Source: Eubacteriales bacterium (GTDB lineage Bacteria > Bacillota > Clostridia > Oscillospirales > CAG-272). From it: a stretch of 64,000 nt of DNA. The stretch's first letter is position 1; the number at the start of each line of letters is the position of its first letter. Location: positions 9,443 to 73,442 of the forward strand of contig JAZRFY010000029.1 of NCBI GenBank assembly GCA_045643885.1, given 5' to 3'. A model generated the notes under the pieces. The model had not been told where the DNA came from. It ran no database searches and saw only the letters and a program-made list of their open reading frames with translations. Positions 28,307 through 38,058 of this stretch are shown here, piece by piece. Made by a program: the position numbers and the translations under genes.

Positions 28307-28444
28307 TAATCTAATAATAGAAAATCTAAAAAGTCGGACGCGACAAGCTTAAATTAAATAAAAAACAAAAATTTCTTGTTTATTTAGTGAAAAAAAGGGG
28401 GAAAAGTCCCCTTAAACTTAATACGATGAAATTATACAAAATGC
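28282..28444 (+). repeat. Right copy of imperfect direct repeat
   Basis: Matches 18000-18154; overlaps MTase 3' end; contains TTGACA-17-TAATCT promoter-like motif. Confidence 0.92.
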
Positions 28445-28458
28445 AAATTTTGTATAAT
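28431..28458. other. Perfect 11-6-11 palindrome, candidate dif-like recombination site
   Basis: ATTATACAAAA-TGCAAA-TTTTGTATAAT. Confidence 0.55.
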
Positions 28459-28531
28459 ATAGGGAAGCAAAAACGGCTCTTTTTAAGGTGATTTGTTTAT
28501 ATCGAGCCATTATTGATGCTTTTGAGCTGGT

Positions 28532-28786
28532 TTAGGCATTTTTCAAATATTTTATTCTTGTGGCCTCACCACCTCTTATGTGACGTTCTGATTTATTTAT
28601 ATTTAAAACTTTTTGAACCTGCTTATAAAGAGTTGGATTTATATGCTTTAAATTTTCAGTTATGTCCTTATGGACTGTACTTTTGCTTATTCCAAATTTT
28701 TTTGCTACCGATCTGACAGTTGCATTATTTTCTATTAAATACGTACCAAGTATCACACAGCGCTCTTTATTTGAAGATATATACAT
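28532..28786 (-). CDS. spoIIID: Sporulation transcriptional regulator SpoIIID
   Basis: ATVRSVAKKFGISKSTVHKD, RHIRGGEATR. Confidence 0.96.
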   Translation of the reverse strand: MYISSNKERCVILGTYLIENNATVRSVAKKFGISKSTVHKDITENLKHINPTLYKQVQKVLNINKSERHIRGGEATRIKYLKNA

Positions 28787-28822
28787 GATTATAACCTCGC
28801 AATTAATCATTTTTTCTGGTTA

Positions 28823-28850
28823 ATTGTATGCTGAGGTTAAGGAATTTATT
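28823..28850 (-). promoter_or_regulatory. sigmaE-type promoter of spoIIID
   Basis: AATAAA-14-CATACAAT on minus strand. Confidence 0.65.
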
Positions 28851-28869
28851 ATAAAAAGGATGTGTAAAT

Positions 28870-29643
28870 ATGACCGATTATACAATTTACAAAGAAAAAT
28901 ATGATATTTTTGAAGGTATGACAAGCATCAGCAGCATCATCTCTGCTATATCAGGCAATTCTTCAAAAAGAAAGATAATGAAAATTTTGTATAATTCGAG
29001 CAAGACTAAAAGCAAGTACAATGAATTGAAATTTCTTAAAATCAAATCATCCGAGCTTGGATTTGAGCTCGAAGGTGTATCACATACTGTGATTGACGAG
29101 CTTACTTCCGGCAAAACTCACGGTGGCTTTGTGGCTATTTGTGAAAGGCTCGAAATCCCTTCCTTAACCACTGATTCACATATTAAAGAAGACGGCTTTT
29201 ACATCATTCTTGACGGCATTGAAGATCCCTTTAATTTTGCATATGCCATACGCTCTGTATACGCTGCAGGCGCTGATGGAGTTATAGTTCCCTCCTTCAG
29301 ATTTAAAGACTCTCAAGGCCTTATTTGTAAGGGCTCTGCAGGAACGTCTGAGCTTATTGACATATTTGAAAGTGATATTGAATCCGCTATCGATATATTT
29401 AAAAATATGGGATATAAAGTAGCTTCCGCAGGAATTCGCGACTCGGTATCTTTGTATGATGCAGACCTTAAAAAGCCTGTTTTATTGATAATTGGTGGCG
29501 AAAAACGAGGAATTTCAGCTGAAATTATTGCAAAATCAGATATGATTGTTCGTGTAGACTATGGAAAAACCTTTAAAGGATCTTTAACAGCTTCTTCAGC
29601 AGCCACCGTGCTTGCATTCGAGGTTTACAGACAAAACAGATAA
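28870..29643 (+). CDS. TrmH/SpoU family RNA methyltransferase
   Basis: LDGIEDPFN, IGGEKRGIS, SL..S.A motifs. Confidence 0.9.
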   Translation: MTDYTIYKEKYDIFEGMTSISSIISAISGNSSKRKIMKILYNSSKTKSKYNELKFLKIKSSELGFELEGVSHTVIDELTSGKTHGGFVAICERLEIPSLTTDSHIKEDGFYIILDGIEDPFNFAYAIRSVYAAGADGVIVPSFRFKDSQGLICKGSAGTSELIDIFESDIESAIDIFKNMGYKVASAGIRDSVSLYDADLKKPVLLIIGGEKRGISAEIIAKSDMIVRVDYGKTFKGSLTASSAATVLAFEVYRQNR

Positions 29644-29677
29644 ATATAACCCCGACACATTTTGTGTCGGGGCTTAT

Positions 29678-30736
29678 TTATTTGCTATAGAACTTATAGA
29701 TCGTTGTATAGTCGTACTTCTCTTCCGGATTCAAAATAACGTTTGTGAAGTTTTTGTGGTTTATTGAGTCGGGCATATGCTGAGTTTCAAGGCAAAATGC
29801 CATCTGTTTACTTTGCGAACAATTGTTCTTGAAGGGGAATTTTTCATTAGTTAAGAAATTGCCCGAATAAAATTGTACGCAAGGCTGATTTGTATACATT
29901 TCCATAACTCTTCCACTTTCTTCGCAAACTGCCTTTGCACGAAGCTTGGGAAGCTTTGTTTCACCACCAACAAAGTTGAAGCAATGGTCATATCCTCCTG
30001 CAAAAATAAGGTCCTGATCGTGCATATTGAAATCCCTACCTATCTTTTTAGGCAATCTGAAATCAAACGGTGTTCCCTGCACACTCTTGATTTCACCGGT
30101 AGGAATCAATGTTTCATCGGTTGGTAAATATGTGTCAGCATCAAGCCAAAGAACGTGATCAAAAATCTTGCCTGAGTTATATCCACCAAGATTGAAATAT
30201 GTATGGTTGGTGAGGTTGATAATGGTTCTTTTATCGGTGTTTGCCTCGTATCTGATGGATAAAGCACCCTCATTGTTAAGCTTATAAGTAACTGTTACTG
30301 CAAGATTGCCGGGATATCCCTCTTCTCCATCCTTTGAGAGTAAATAGAATTTTATCATAGGTTCTTCGCCGTCGTCTGTAGCAAGAACCTGCCAAACTCT
30401 CTTATCAAAACCAACTTTTCCACCGTGAAGATGATTAGGGCCATTATTTATGTACATGTTGTAGTCCTCTCCGTCAAGAGTAAACTTTCCCTGGCAGATT
30501 CTATTGCCCACTCGACCGATTATAGCGCCTTGATATCCGTCCGCTTCAATATATGATTCGAGTGTATCATAGCCACCAATCACGTCAGCTATAGCACCAT
30601 CTCTATCGGGCACGTTAATGCTTATGATGGTAGCGCCAAAATTAGTTAATACAACACTCATTCCATGGGCATTTTTAAGTGTGTACTTATATATTTCCTT
30701 TGAAAGATAATTACCAAAAAGTTCTGTTTTAATCAT
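29678..30736 (-). CDS. galM: Aldose 1-epimerase
   Basis: GRVGNRI, HLHGG, NLTNHTYFNL, CLETQ. Confidence 0.95.
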   Translation of the reverse strand: MIKTELFGNYLSKEIYKYTLKNAHGMSVVLTNFGATIISINVPDRDGAIADVIGGYDTLESYIEADGYQGAIIGRVGNRICQGKFTLDGEDYNMYINNGPNHLHGGKVGFDKRVWQVLATDDGEEPMIKFYLLSKDGEEGYPGNLAVTVTYKLNNEGALSIRYEANTDKRTIINLTNHTYFNLGGYNSGKIFDHVLWLDADTYLPTDETLIPTGEIKSVQGTPFDFRLPKKIGRDFNMHDQDLIFAGGYDHCFNFVGGETKLPKLRAKAVCEESGRVMEMYTNQPCVQFYSGNFLTNEKFPFKNNCSQSKQMAFCLETQHMPDSINHKNFTNVILNPEEKYDYTTIYKFYSK

Positions 30737-30803
30737 GATAAAACCTCTATATTATTATTTGAATAAACCAAAACGGCAATCTGGATTGCCGTTTTATATT
30801 TCT

Positions 30804-31793
30804 TTAATCGTTATATCCGTTAGGATGGTTCTGATGCCAATTCCAAGCACTTGAAATGATTTCTTCAAGACTATCGTGAACGGGCTTCCATCTGAGAATT
30901 CTTTTTGCCTTTTCACTTGAAGCAACAAGTCTTGCAGGGTCTCCTGCTCGTCTTGGAGTTTCAACTGCAGGAATAGGATGTCCTGTTACTTTTCTTGCAG
31001 TTTCAATTACCTCTCTTACAGAATATCCAACGCCGTTGCCAAGATTAAAGATATCACTTGAGCCACCGTTTAAAAGATATTCAACTGCAAGGATATGGGC
31101 CTGCGCCAAGTCAGTAACGTGAATATAGTCACGAATACAAGTTCCGTCGGGAGTGTCATAGTCCGTACCGTAAATGGATATTGCTTCCCTTTTGCCGTTC
31201 GGAACTTGAAGGATCAAAGGAATGAGGTGACTTTCGGGATTGTGCGCCTCACCAATATTTCCGCATTCATCAGCACCGCAGGCATTAAAATATCTAAGAG
31301 AAACGAAGTTCATTCCGTGAGCTTCACTTGTCCACTTAAACATTTTTTCCATAGCGAGCTTTGTTTCTCCGTATGGGTTAGTAGGACATGTTCTGTCACT
31401 TTCAAGAATCGGAATATTTTCGGGTTCGCCATACGTTGCAGCTGTTGAAGAAAAAACGATCTTTTTAACGTTATTTGCAACCATCGCATCAAGTAGAACC
31501 TTAGTGCCGTAGATGTTGTTTTCGTAGTATTTAAGAGGATTAACAACGCTCTCACCTACAAGAGAAAAAGCTGCAAAATGAACGATAGCATCAATTTTCT
31601 CAGCTTTGAAAAGGTTGTCAAGAAAGCTAAAATCACGAATATCCCCTTCATAAAATCTTGCTTTTTCGGGAATCGCTTTTTTGTAGCCTGTTACTAGACT
31701 GTCAACAATAACTACGTCCTTGCCTGATTTGATGAGTTCGAGTGCGGTATGAGAGCCGATGTATCCAGCACCGCCGGTAACTAAAATTGCCAT
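30804..31793 (-). CDS. galE: UDP-glucose 4-epimerase
   Basis: TGGAGYIGSH, YGETK, LRYFN, RDYIHV. Confidence 0.96.
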   Translation of the reverse strand: MAILVTGGAGYIGSHTALELIKSGKDVVIVDSLVTGYKKAIPEKARFYEGDIRDFSFLDNLFKAEKIDAIVHFAAFSLVGESVVNPLKYYENNIYGTKVLLDAMVANNVKKIVFSSTAATYGEPENIPILESDRTCPTNPYGETKLAMEKMFKWTSEAHGMNFVSLRYFNACGADECGNIGEAHNPESHLIPLILQVPNGKREAISIYGTDYDTPDGTCIRDYIHVTDLAQAHILAVEYLLNGGSSDIFNLGNGVGYSVREVIETARKVTGHPIPAVETPRRAGDPARLVASSEKAKRILRWKPVHDSLEEIISSAWNWHQNHPNGYND

Positions 31794-31805
31794 AATTTAT
31801 TCTCC

Positions 31806-32714
31806 TTATTTCCAAAGACGATCGGGATAAACTCCGGTGTCAATGAGTTTTTTGATTCCAGCAACTACAGAAGGCTTATCCTCTTGATAGGTTACGCCAA
31901 GCCAAGTTGCGTTTGTGTTATAAACGATAACGTCACAAGCATCATTTTTTATCATAATGTCGATAACGTCAGTTAAATATGATTCATCCTTTAAAGGATT
32001 TGTGATATTATTTAAAAATCTATCGAATTCAGCTTTAAGATAAGGAAAAATCTCGGGAGTAAATCCCCAACAGTTCATTGATACAACTGAATCAAGATCA
32101 ACAATCCCCTTTTTATCCCCACAAGGATATTCAGCCTTGCCATCGCCTATAGGAACGATCTCCCTGGTTTCGGTAATGTTTATAAGATGTCCCTTATCGT
32201 TGAGATTACATACACCGCGATTTACTGCTCCATGTTCTGTGACAGTGTTTTTAAGTCTGTATCCTGCCATGCAAAATTGAGGCTTAACATCTTGGTAGCC
32301 GTCATACTTTCTCAAATGCTTTGCAAGAATCTCAAAGGATTCTCGACCGTAGAAATCGTCTGAATTAATAACGGCAAAAGGCTCATTAACTATGCCTATG
32401 ATGCTCATCATCGCATGAGTAGTTCCCCACGGCTTTGTTCTACCCTCGGGAACGGTAAACCAATCGGGCACGTCATTGATACGCTGAAATGCATATTCTA
32501 CGTCAATGTATTTGCCAATTCTATTTCCGATAGTTTCTTTAAAGTCATTAAGATTTTCTTCTTTAATGATAAAAACTACCTTTGTAAATCCGGCTTTTAT
32601 TGCATCATAAACTGAAAAGTCAATGATAAAATTTCCGTCGTCATTTATAGGATCTATTTGCTTCATTCCACCATATCTGGAGCCCATTCCGGCAGCAAGA
32701 ATAACCAGTGTCAT
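31806..32714 (-). CDS. Sugar-phosphate nucleotidyltransferase
   Basis: LAAGMGSRYGGMKQ, RTKPWGT, NSDDFYG, WLGVTY. Confidence 0.88.
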   Translation of the reverse strand: MTLVILAAGMGSRYGGMKQIDPINDDGNFIIDFSVYDAIKAGFTKVVFIIKEENLNDFKETIGNRIGKYIDVEYAFQRINDVPDWFTVPEGRTKPWGTTHAMMSIIGIVNEPFAVINSDDFYGRESFEILAKHLRKYDGYQDVKPQFCMAGYRLKNTVTEHGAVNRGVCNLNDKGHLINITETREIVPIGDGKAEYPCGDKKGIVDLDSVVSMNCWGFTPEIFPYLKAEFDRFLNNITNPLKDESYLTDVIDIMIKNDACDVIVYNTNATWLGVTYQEDKPSVVAGIKKLIDTGVYPDRLWK

Positions 32715-32844
32715 AAGATATCTCCTTTGAAAGTATTTATATTTTAATTGTATTATATATTTGACCATAAGTCAATAGATTTTTCATTTTTCTCATTTGA
32801 AATTTATAGTAAAAATCCCGAGAAGAATTCTTCTCGGGATAGTA

Positions 32845-33618
32845 TTAAAATTTTACTCTCTTAACAGAATTGATTTTTGAACTGCCTGGATCAATATCAA
32901 ATATTGCTCCGTTAACCTTAACTCCACCGTCTGCAACAGTAAAATACTGAGGTGTTTGCATAATAAATCGGTCGATAATAGCCTCAACCTTTGTACCAAG
33001 AATGCTGTTCTCAGGACCGGCCATACCAAGGTCGGTGATATAAGCACTGCCCATGGGCAATATGCATTCATCTGCAGTTTGAACGTGTGTGTGTGTTCCA
33101 AACATTATGGCAATTCTGCCGTCAAAATATCTTGCGATGGCAAGCTTTTCGCTTGTTGCCTCGGCATGAATATCAAGAATGGCAAAATCGAAATTACCTT
33201 TTTCCCTTTCAAGCGCAATATCAATAACCTCAAAAGGACTGTTTATGGGATTCATAAACATCGTTCCAAGAACGTTCATGATAAGAACCTTGTATCCGTC
33301 TATATTAACGATACTGTAGCCACTTCCAGGTGCAGATGCAGGAAAGTTTGCAGGTCTGATGATGCGATGCTCGTTATCGTCAAGGAAAGAATAAATATCA
33401 CGTTTTCCAAAAGCATGGTTACCAAGGGTGATAAAATCAATGCCAACGTTGTAAAGAGATTCTGCATCTCTTTGAGAAAGGCCCTTGATTTCACTGGCAT
33501 TTTCGGCATTAGCGATAACGTAGTCGATTCTGTTGTCTGCAACAAATTTTGATAAATTTTTTGAAAGATAATCGATGGCAATGCCGCCAACTATGTCTCC
33601 TATAGCTAATATTTTCAT
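32845..33618 (-). CDS. ymdB: YmdB/TIGR00282 metallophosphoesterase
   Basis: GDIVG, NAEN, GNH, DIHAEATSEK, GTHTHV. Confidence 0.92.
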   Translation of the reverse strand: MKILAIGDIVGGIAIDYLSKNLSKFVADNRIDYVIANAENASEIKGLSQRDAESLYNVGIDFITLGNHAFGKRDIYSFLDDNEHRIIRPANFPASAPGSGYSIVNIDGYKVLIMNVLGTMFMNPINSPFEVIDIALEREKGNFDFAILDIHAEATSEKLAIARYFDGRIAIMFGTHTHVQTADECILPMGSAYITDLGMAGPENSILGTKVEAIIDRFIMQTPQYFTVADGGVKVNGAIFDIDPGSSKINSVKRVKF

Positions 33619-33765
33619 AAATAAACTTTCTATTTAATATTATTTTTATTTTTGCTACTGACATATTATACTACAAAACAACATAAAAGTCAATTGGTAA
33701 ATTAAATTTCATATTTATACTTGATTTTTATGGAAAATGTGATATAATTAAACCGTTGTAATTTT

Positions 33766-33856
33766 GGAGAAGTACTCAAGTGGTCGAAGAGGCGTGACTC
33801 GAAATCTCGTAGGGCGTTTGCGCGTCGCGTGGGTTCAAATCCCACCTTCTCCGCCA
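33766..33856 (+). tRNA. tRNA-Ser(CGA)
   Basis: GGAGAAG/CTTCTCC acceptor stem, CGA anticodon, long variable arm, GGTTCAAATCC, CCA end; promoter and terminator flank it. Confidence 0.93.
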
Positions 33857-33925
33857 AAAAGGAGCTAATTTATTAGCTCCTTTTTTTCTATTGAAATATC
33901 AGAAAATATGTGATATAATATTTAT

Positions 33926-34090
33926 ATCACTGGATTCGGTTTAGAGCTTTATGCTCAACTAGTGAACCGAAAGGGGCAGGTATACGAGCGCGTTAACGCA
34001 GTTCCCGAGTTACTGGTGCGCGGAGTCGACCTGCTTTATATACCTTCATCTTGCAACCGCAATCCTTTTATCAAGAAATGCGGTTTTTAC
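33926..34090 (+). ncRNA. Unassigned structured ncRNA candidate
   Basis: Own promoter TTGAAA-17-TATAAT, stems ttcggtt/aaccgaa and gcaggt/acctgc, terminator aaccgca/tgcggttttt. Confidence 0.5.
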
Positions 34091-34127
34091 TATTTTGTGA
34101 TATAATTTATGCACTGGGGGTGATTTT

Positions 34128-35402
34128 ATGAAACTGCTTTTTTCAGTAAAATGTGACGGTATATTTAGGGTTGAAAAAGAAAATGAGGTATATAGCATTT
34201 GGAAACGTGACTCAGGGCAAGAAACTTGTACATTTTTTGATAGCAAAGGCAATGTACTCCCCGATTATAAACGTCCCCTGCTTAAGAAAGATTCGAACAA
34301 TACTAAAGCTGTACCAGAATATTTAGAAGAGCCAGAGGATAAGCTCATTTATAACAAATATGGACTTGCTTGCGCTGATAATTGCCTTGTAGATAGAGAT
34401 GGCAATCCAATTGCTGATACCAATCTTAATATCGAATACTCATGCGGTGAATATGATAGATATTTCACCTTTGGAACAATAACTGAGGAACAAGACGAAT
34501 CTATAAGTAGATACGGAGAAGCTGAAGGAATTACTCTTGATATTTATGATACCAAAACAAGAAGCTATGTAGCTAAAGGTATTCCCGAATGCCGTCTTGA
34601 CGTTTCATTCTATGATGGTGAGCCTGAAGTGATTTTAGCTGCTACCGGCCTCATTTATGAGTATGATGAAGTGAAAGTATGCAAAACGGGTACTATAATC
34701 GGCAAAAAAGATGGTTTTGTTACAGTATATAATTTCTATGATGATTTAAAGACTTTAAACATAACCAACGGAGATGCTTTTAACAGTCATTTGTCCGATT
34801 TGAAAGAGGGAGAGTTCCTTCCCTTCAACGAGGCTATGATGCAAGGTAAAGCAATATCTGATATCGCGTCCAATGAGTTTATAGATATTCGCGTTACAGA
34901 GTTAAAAACGTCATCCGAGATATATAATCAAAAAATGAGGGTTTTTGAAGTTTTAAAAGATAACTCAAAAGCGTATGATAAGCTTATTTTGTGGTTTGGC
35001 AAGGATACGTTTTGTCAGATGAATCTTCTCTCTTTACTTGCTTATTTAGAGCAAATTCAATACGAAGGCAAGATCGTATTAAATTATATCGATGATCACA
35101 CCTTTGATATTATTGAGTCGGATATAAAAGTCGAACTCGGTGTTTATAAAAGACTGTACAATGATGTTTTAGTATCTAAAAATCAAGTTAGAGCCGAGGG
35201 CGTTATTTTGCAAAAATCTCTTGACCTATATTATGATTATCTTTCGGATAATGGATCACTTGCAACGTTTATCGAGAATAATCAAGATAAAGATAAGAAA
35301 ACTTTGGTTTGTGAATTAATCAAGATTTCAGCTGATTACGGCATTTCCGATATTCAAGCAATTCAATTGATAGATAAATATATAAAAAACGGCATCTTTT
35401 GA
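34128..35402 (+). CDS. Hypothetical protein with C-terminal DUF1835-like domain
   Basis: LNITNGD, PFNEAM, LWFGKDTFCQMNL in C-terminal half. Confidence 0.7.
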   Translation: MKLLFSVKCDGIFRVEKENEVYSIWKRDSGQETCTFFDSKGNVLPDYKRPLLKKDSNNTKAVPEYLEEPEDKLIYNKYGLACADNCLVDRDGNPIADTNLNIEYSCGEYDRYFTFGTITEEQDESISRYGEAEGITLDIYDTKTRSYVAKGIPECRLDVSFYDGEPEVILAATGLIYEYDEVKVCKTGTIIGKKDGFVTVYNFYDDLKTLNITNGDAFNSHLSDLKEGEFLPFNEAMMQGKAISDIASNEFIDIRVTELKTSSEIYNQKMRVFEVLKDNSKAYDKLILWFGKDTFCQMNLLSLLAYLEQIQYEGKIVLNYIDDHTFDIIESDIKVELGVYKRLYNDVLVSKNQVRAEGVILQKSLDLYYDYLSDNGSLATFIENNQDKDKKTLVCELIKISADYGISDIQAIQLIDKYIKNGIF

Positions 35403-35418
35403 TGCCGTTTTAATTTTA

Positions 35419-36210
35419 TTAGGTTCCCGTACTTTCATACATTTTAACAAGCTTATTCCAAACTAAAATACATATACCTGCAAAAACGCTTGTGAATGCG
35501 AGCATTGACAAGGCAAGTACAATTGGATCGTGAACAGGTGCAAAAAGATTCTCAAATGGAAAAAACAAGCACAATCCAAGAGGAATAATAAATGTTAAAA
35601 TAACTTGAATCACCTTAGGATATATCTTCATAGGATACTTGGTATATCCCGAGAAGTTATATATGAATTGAAGCAACGGGCCACTGCGTTTGAATTTAAA
35701 CGCCAAAGAAGCCACTAAAATCTTGAATGAGGAAATTATCACAGATGCACACAAAATGCCTAAAATCACTAAAATCAGGCTCGAGAATGTAACTGTAATG
35801 CCGAGATTAGCTCCGCAAAGAGTAATCAAAGCTATAGCAACGATTATTTCCCCTAAAGCTTCAAGCTGAACCTCTGATGCTATTACTTGAAACAGTACCG
35901 GCAAAGGTCTTAAAAACATATGATCAAGCTTGCCGGTTTTTACTTCCCAGTATGCAACTGTCCAAAGCTTGTCGGTAAATAAATGGTCAAGACCTACTGC
36001 CATATTCGTAATTCCAAAAAGCATACCAATTTGATATATGTCATATCCGTCGATATTGGGGACGCTGCTTACAAGAATGTACAAGGTAAAGAGTGAGGTA
36101 GCTTCTGTGAATAAAAATGCAATAATTCCAATGATAACGTTGGCTTTGTATACAAGCTTGCTCATAAGAGAAAGCTTGGCATAGGTGAAGTAGAGCTTTA
36201 AATATTTCAT
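35419..36210 (-). CDS. ABC-2 family permease
   Basis: GKLDHMFLRP, YP..IYP; six TM. Confidence 0.88.
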   Translation of the reverse strand: MKYLKLYFTYAKLSLMSKLVYKANVIIGIIAFLFTEATSLFTLYILVSSVPNIDGYDIYQIGMLFGITNMAVGLDHLFTDKLWTVAYWEVKTGKLDHMFLRPLPVLFQVIASEVQLEALGEIIVAIALITLCGANLGITVTFSSLILVILGILCASVIISSFKILVASLAFKFKRSGPLLQFIYNFSGYTKYPMKIYPKVIQVILTFIIPLGLCLFFPFENLFAPVHDPIVLALSMLAFTSVFAGICILVWNKLVKMYESTGT

Positions 36211-36213
36211 ATC

Positions 36214-37059
36214 TTAACCTCCCTGCACCGTGATTTTCTTTAAGGCATGCTTAAAGATTATATGGTTTATAAACTCGATCAAAACCACCCAAAGCAATGC
36301 GATGAAAATATAAATGATTATGTTTTTATAGTCAAGCTTGCCCATCAAGGTTAAAACAGGAACTGAATTCATGAACGCAAATGGCGTGTATGAAAATATA
36401 ACGCCTAAAGTTCCCATATAAGCCAACGGCACCATTTGTCCACCAAGGAAGCCCTGGAGCGCATTTCTTGCCATATTCAATCCGAATAGATGGTCGGTGT
36501 AGAACACGAGCATGCCCACAAAATAGCTCAGAGCGTTATTTATGAAGGCAGCAAGTATGCTAAATATCAGGAAGAATACAACGTTTATAAGAAATGCCCA
36601 GAATGTTGTTTGAAGCAATCCAAGTGAAATGAAAATAGCATAGATTACCGTCATAAACGGTACTATTATAAGCACAAAATCGAAAGCTATAACGCCCAGA
36701 TATGCAAATAAGTGTCTTAATCTGTACGATACTGGCTTGGTGAGGCTGTTTGCAACCGTTCCCTCTCTGATGTCAGTCCATATGTCATAGCTCGTTTCTC
36801 CTGCTCCCATAATGAATGAGAAGAAAAATGACGTGAGCATATAAAGAACCATATCGTAAAAGGTAAAACCGTTAATTACTGCAGAAAGTCCTTCGGGAGA
36901 GTTTCGGTAAATTGCCTTGTAAAGGAATAACACGAAGAATATCTGAATGAAGGATATGGCTATCCACATAAATATCTGCGCCTTATATGTTATTTCGATT
37001 TTAATACCGGCTTTTGCAAACGGCAAATACAATTTAAGTTTATTCTTAATGTTTTTCAT
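36214..37059 (-). CDS. ABC-2 family permease
   Basis: IREGTVANSLTKP, LGGQMVPL. Confidence 0.88.
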   Translation of the reverse strand: MKNIKNKLKLYLPFAKAGIKIEITYKAQIFMWIAISFIQIFFVLFLYKAIYRNSPEGLSAVINGFTFYDMVLYMLTSFFFSFIMGAGETSYDIWTDIREGTVANSLTKPVSYRLRHLFAYLGVIAFDFVLIIVPFMTVIYAIFISLGLLQTTFWAFLINVVFFLIFSILAAFINNALSYFVGMLVFYTDHLFGLNMARNALQGFLGGQMVPLAYMGTLGVIFSYTPFAFMNSVPVLTLMGKLDYKNIIIYIFIALLWVVLIEFINHIIFKHALKKITVQGG

Positions 37060-38032
37060 ATAATTGTTTGGTAATGTCCTCAATAGAAATATCTTCTATC
37101 TTAAAATCCTTTATATGATATGTATTTATAAGATGAAGAAGCATATCGTCAAGATCAATATCGTTAAGGGAAAATTTAATAGCAATATTGCTATCAGTTT
37201 TTTCAAAATCAACGTTCTTGAATTTTGCTGAGATTTCTCCTTGATTGATTTCGCAATTTGAAGGAACAAAGATTGTCTTGGTATTACCAAAACGGTATTT
37301 TATGTTGGCAAGGCTTCCATCATATAGAATTTTACCCTTATCGATTATGATGATTCGGTTACAAAGCTCTTCAATATCCTTCATATCGTGAGTAGTCAGG
37401 ATAACTGTTATGTTATATTTTTTATTGAGCTCTTTGATGGCACTTCTTATATTGTCTTTAACAAGCACGTCAAGACCTATGGTAGGCTCGTCAAGATATA
37501 CGATCTTAGGAGAATGTATAAGAGCAGCTGCAAAGTCGGCTCTCATTCTTTGACCGAGAGAAAGGGATCTTACAGTTTGTGTGAGGAACGGTTTAAGGTC
37601 TAAAAGATCGCAAAGATATTCAAAGCGCTCGTTATAATCTTCATCGGAAACCTCATAAATGCTCTTGAGTATTTTGAATGTTTCAATGAGAGGGATGTCC
37701 CACCACAACTGAGTTTTTTGACCGAAAACAACACCCATGTTCTTGTTGATTTTTTGTCTGTCCTTGTCAAAGCCCATTCCGTTTACAGTTACAGAGCCTG
37801 CAGTAGGATAAAGGATTCCACACATCATCTTGATGGTTGTGCTCTTTCCTGCTCCGTTTGCTCCAATATAACCGACTATCTCACCCTCTTGTATATCAAA
37901 TGAGATATCGTCAACTGCCTTGACTTCATCATATTTTCTTGAAAACAAAGACTTTATCATTCCGATAAGTCCCTCTTCTCTGAGAGGTTTTTTGAATGTT
38001 TTTGAAAGATTTTTCACGCTGATGATACTCAT
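37046..38032 (-). CDS. ABC transporter ATP-binding protein
   Basis: GANGAGKST, LSLGQRMR, LDEPTIGLD. Confidence 0.93.
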   Translation of the reverse strand: MSIISVKNLSKTFKKPLREEGLIGMIKSLFSRKYDEVKAVDDISFDIQEGEIVGYIGANGAGKSTTIKMMCGILYPTAGSVTVNGMGFDKDRQKINKNMGVVFGQKTQLWWDIPLIETFKILKSIYEVSDEDYNERFEYLCDLLDLKPFLTQTVRSLSLGQRMRADFAAALIHSPKIVYLDEPTIGLDVLVKDNIRSAIKELNKKYNITVILTTHDMKDIEELCNRIIIIDKGKILYDGSLANIKYRFGNTKTIFVPSNCEINQGEISAKFKNVDFEKTDSNIAIKFSLNDIDLDDMLLHLINTYHIKDFKIEDISIEDITKQLYEKH

Positions 38033-38058
38033 TAAGTACCTCCTAAATTAAATCATAA

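Larger units (their letters stand above)
18155..28444 (+). mobile_element. Integrated rolling-circle ssDNA phage-like element (inovirus/pleolipovirus-like), no integrase
   Basis: Co-oriented gene set: SSB-like, membrane structural proteins, membrane ATPase, Rep_2 HUH initiator plus nick site, phage MTase; bounded by repeats; boundaries inferred. Confidence 0.82.

Noticed and set aside
18000..28444. Element as a transposon, ICE or tailed prophage
   Set aside because: No transposase, integrase, relaxase/T4SS, terminase, portal, capsid or lysis genes recognisable; no terminal inverted repeats
33766..33856. tRNA-Ser as an island attachment site
   Set aside because: No duplicated tRNA 3' end or integrase seen in the window
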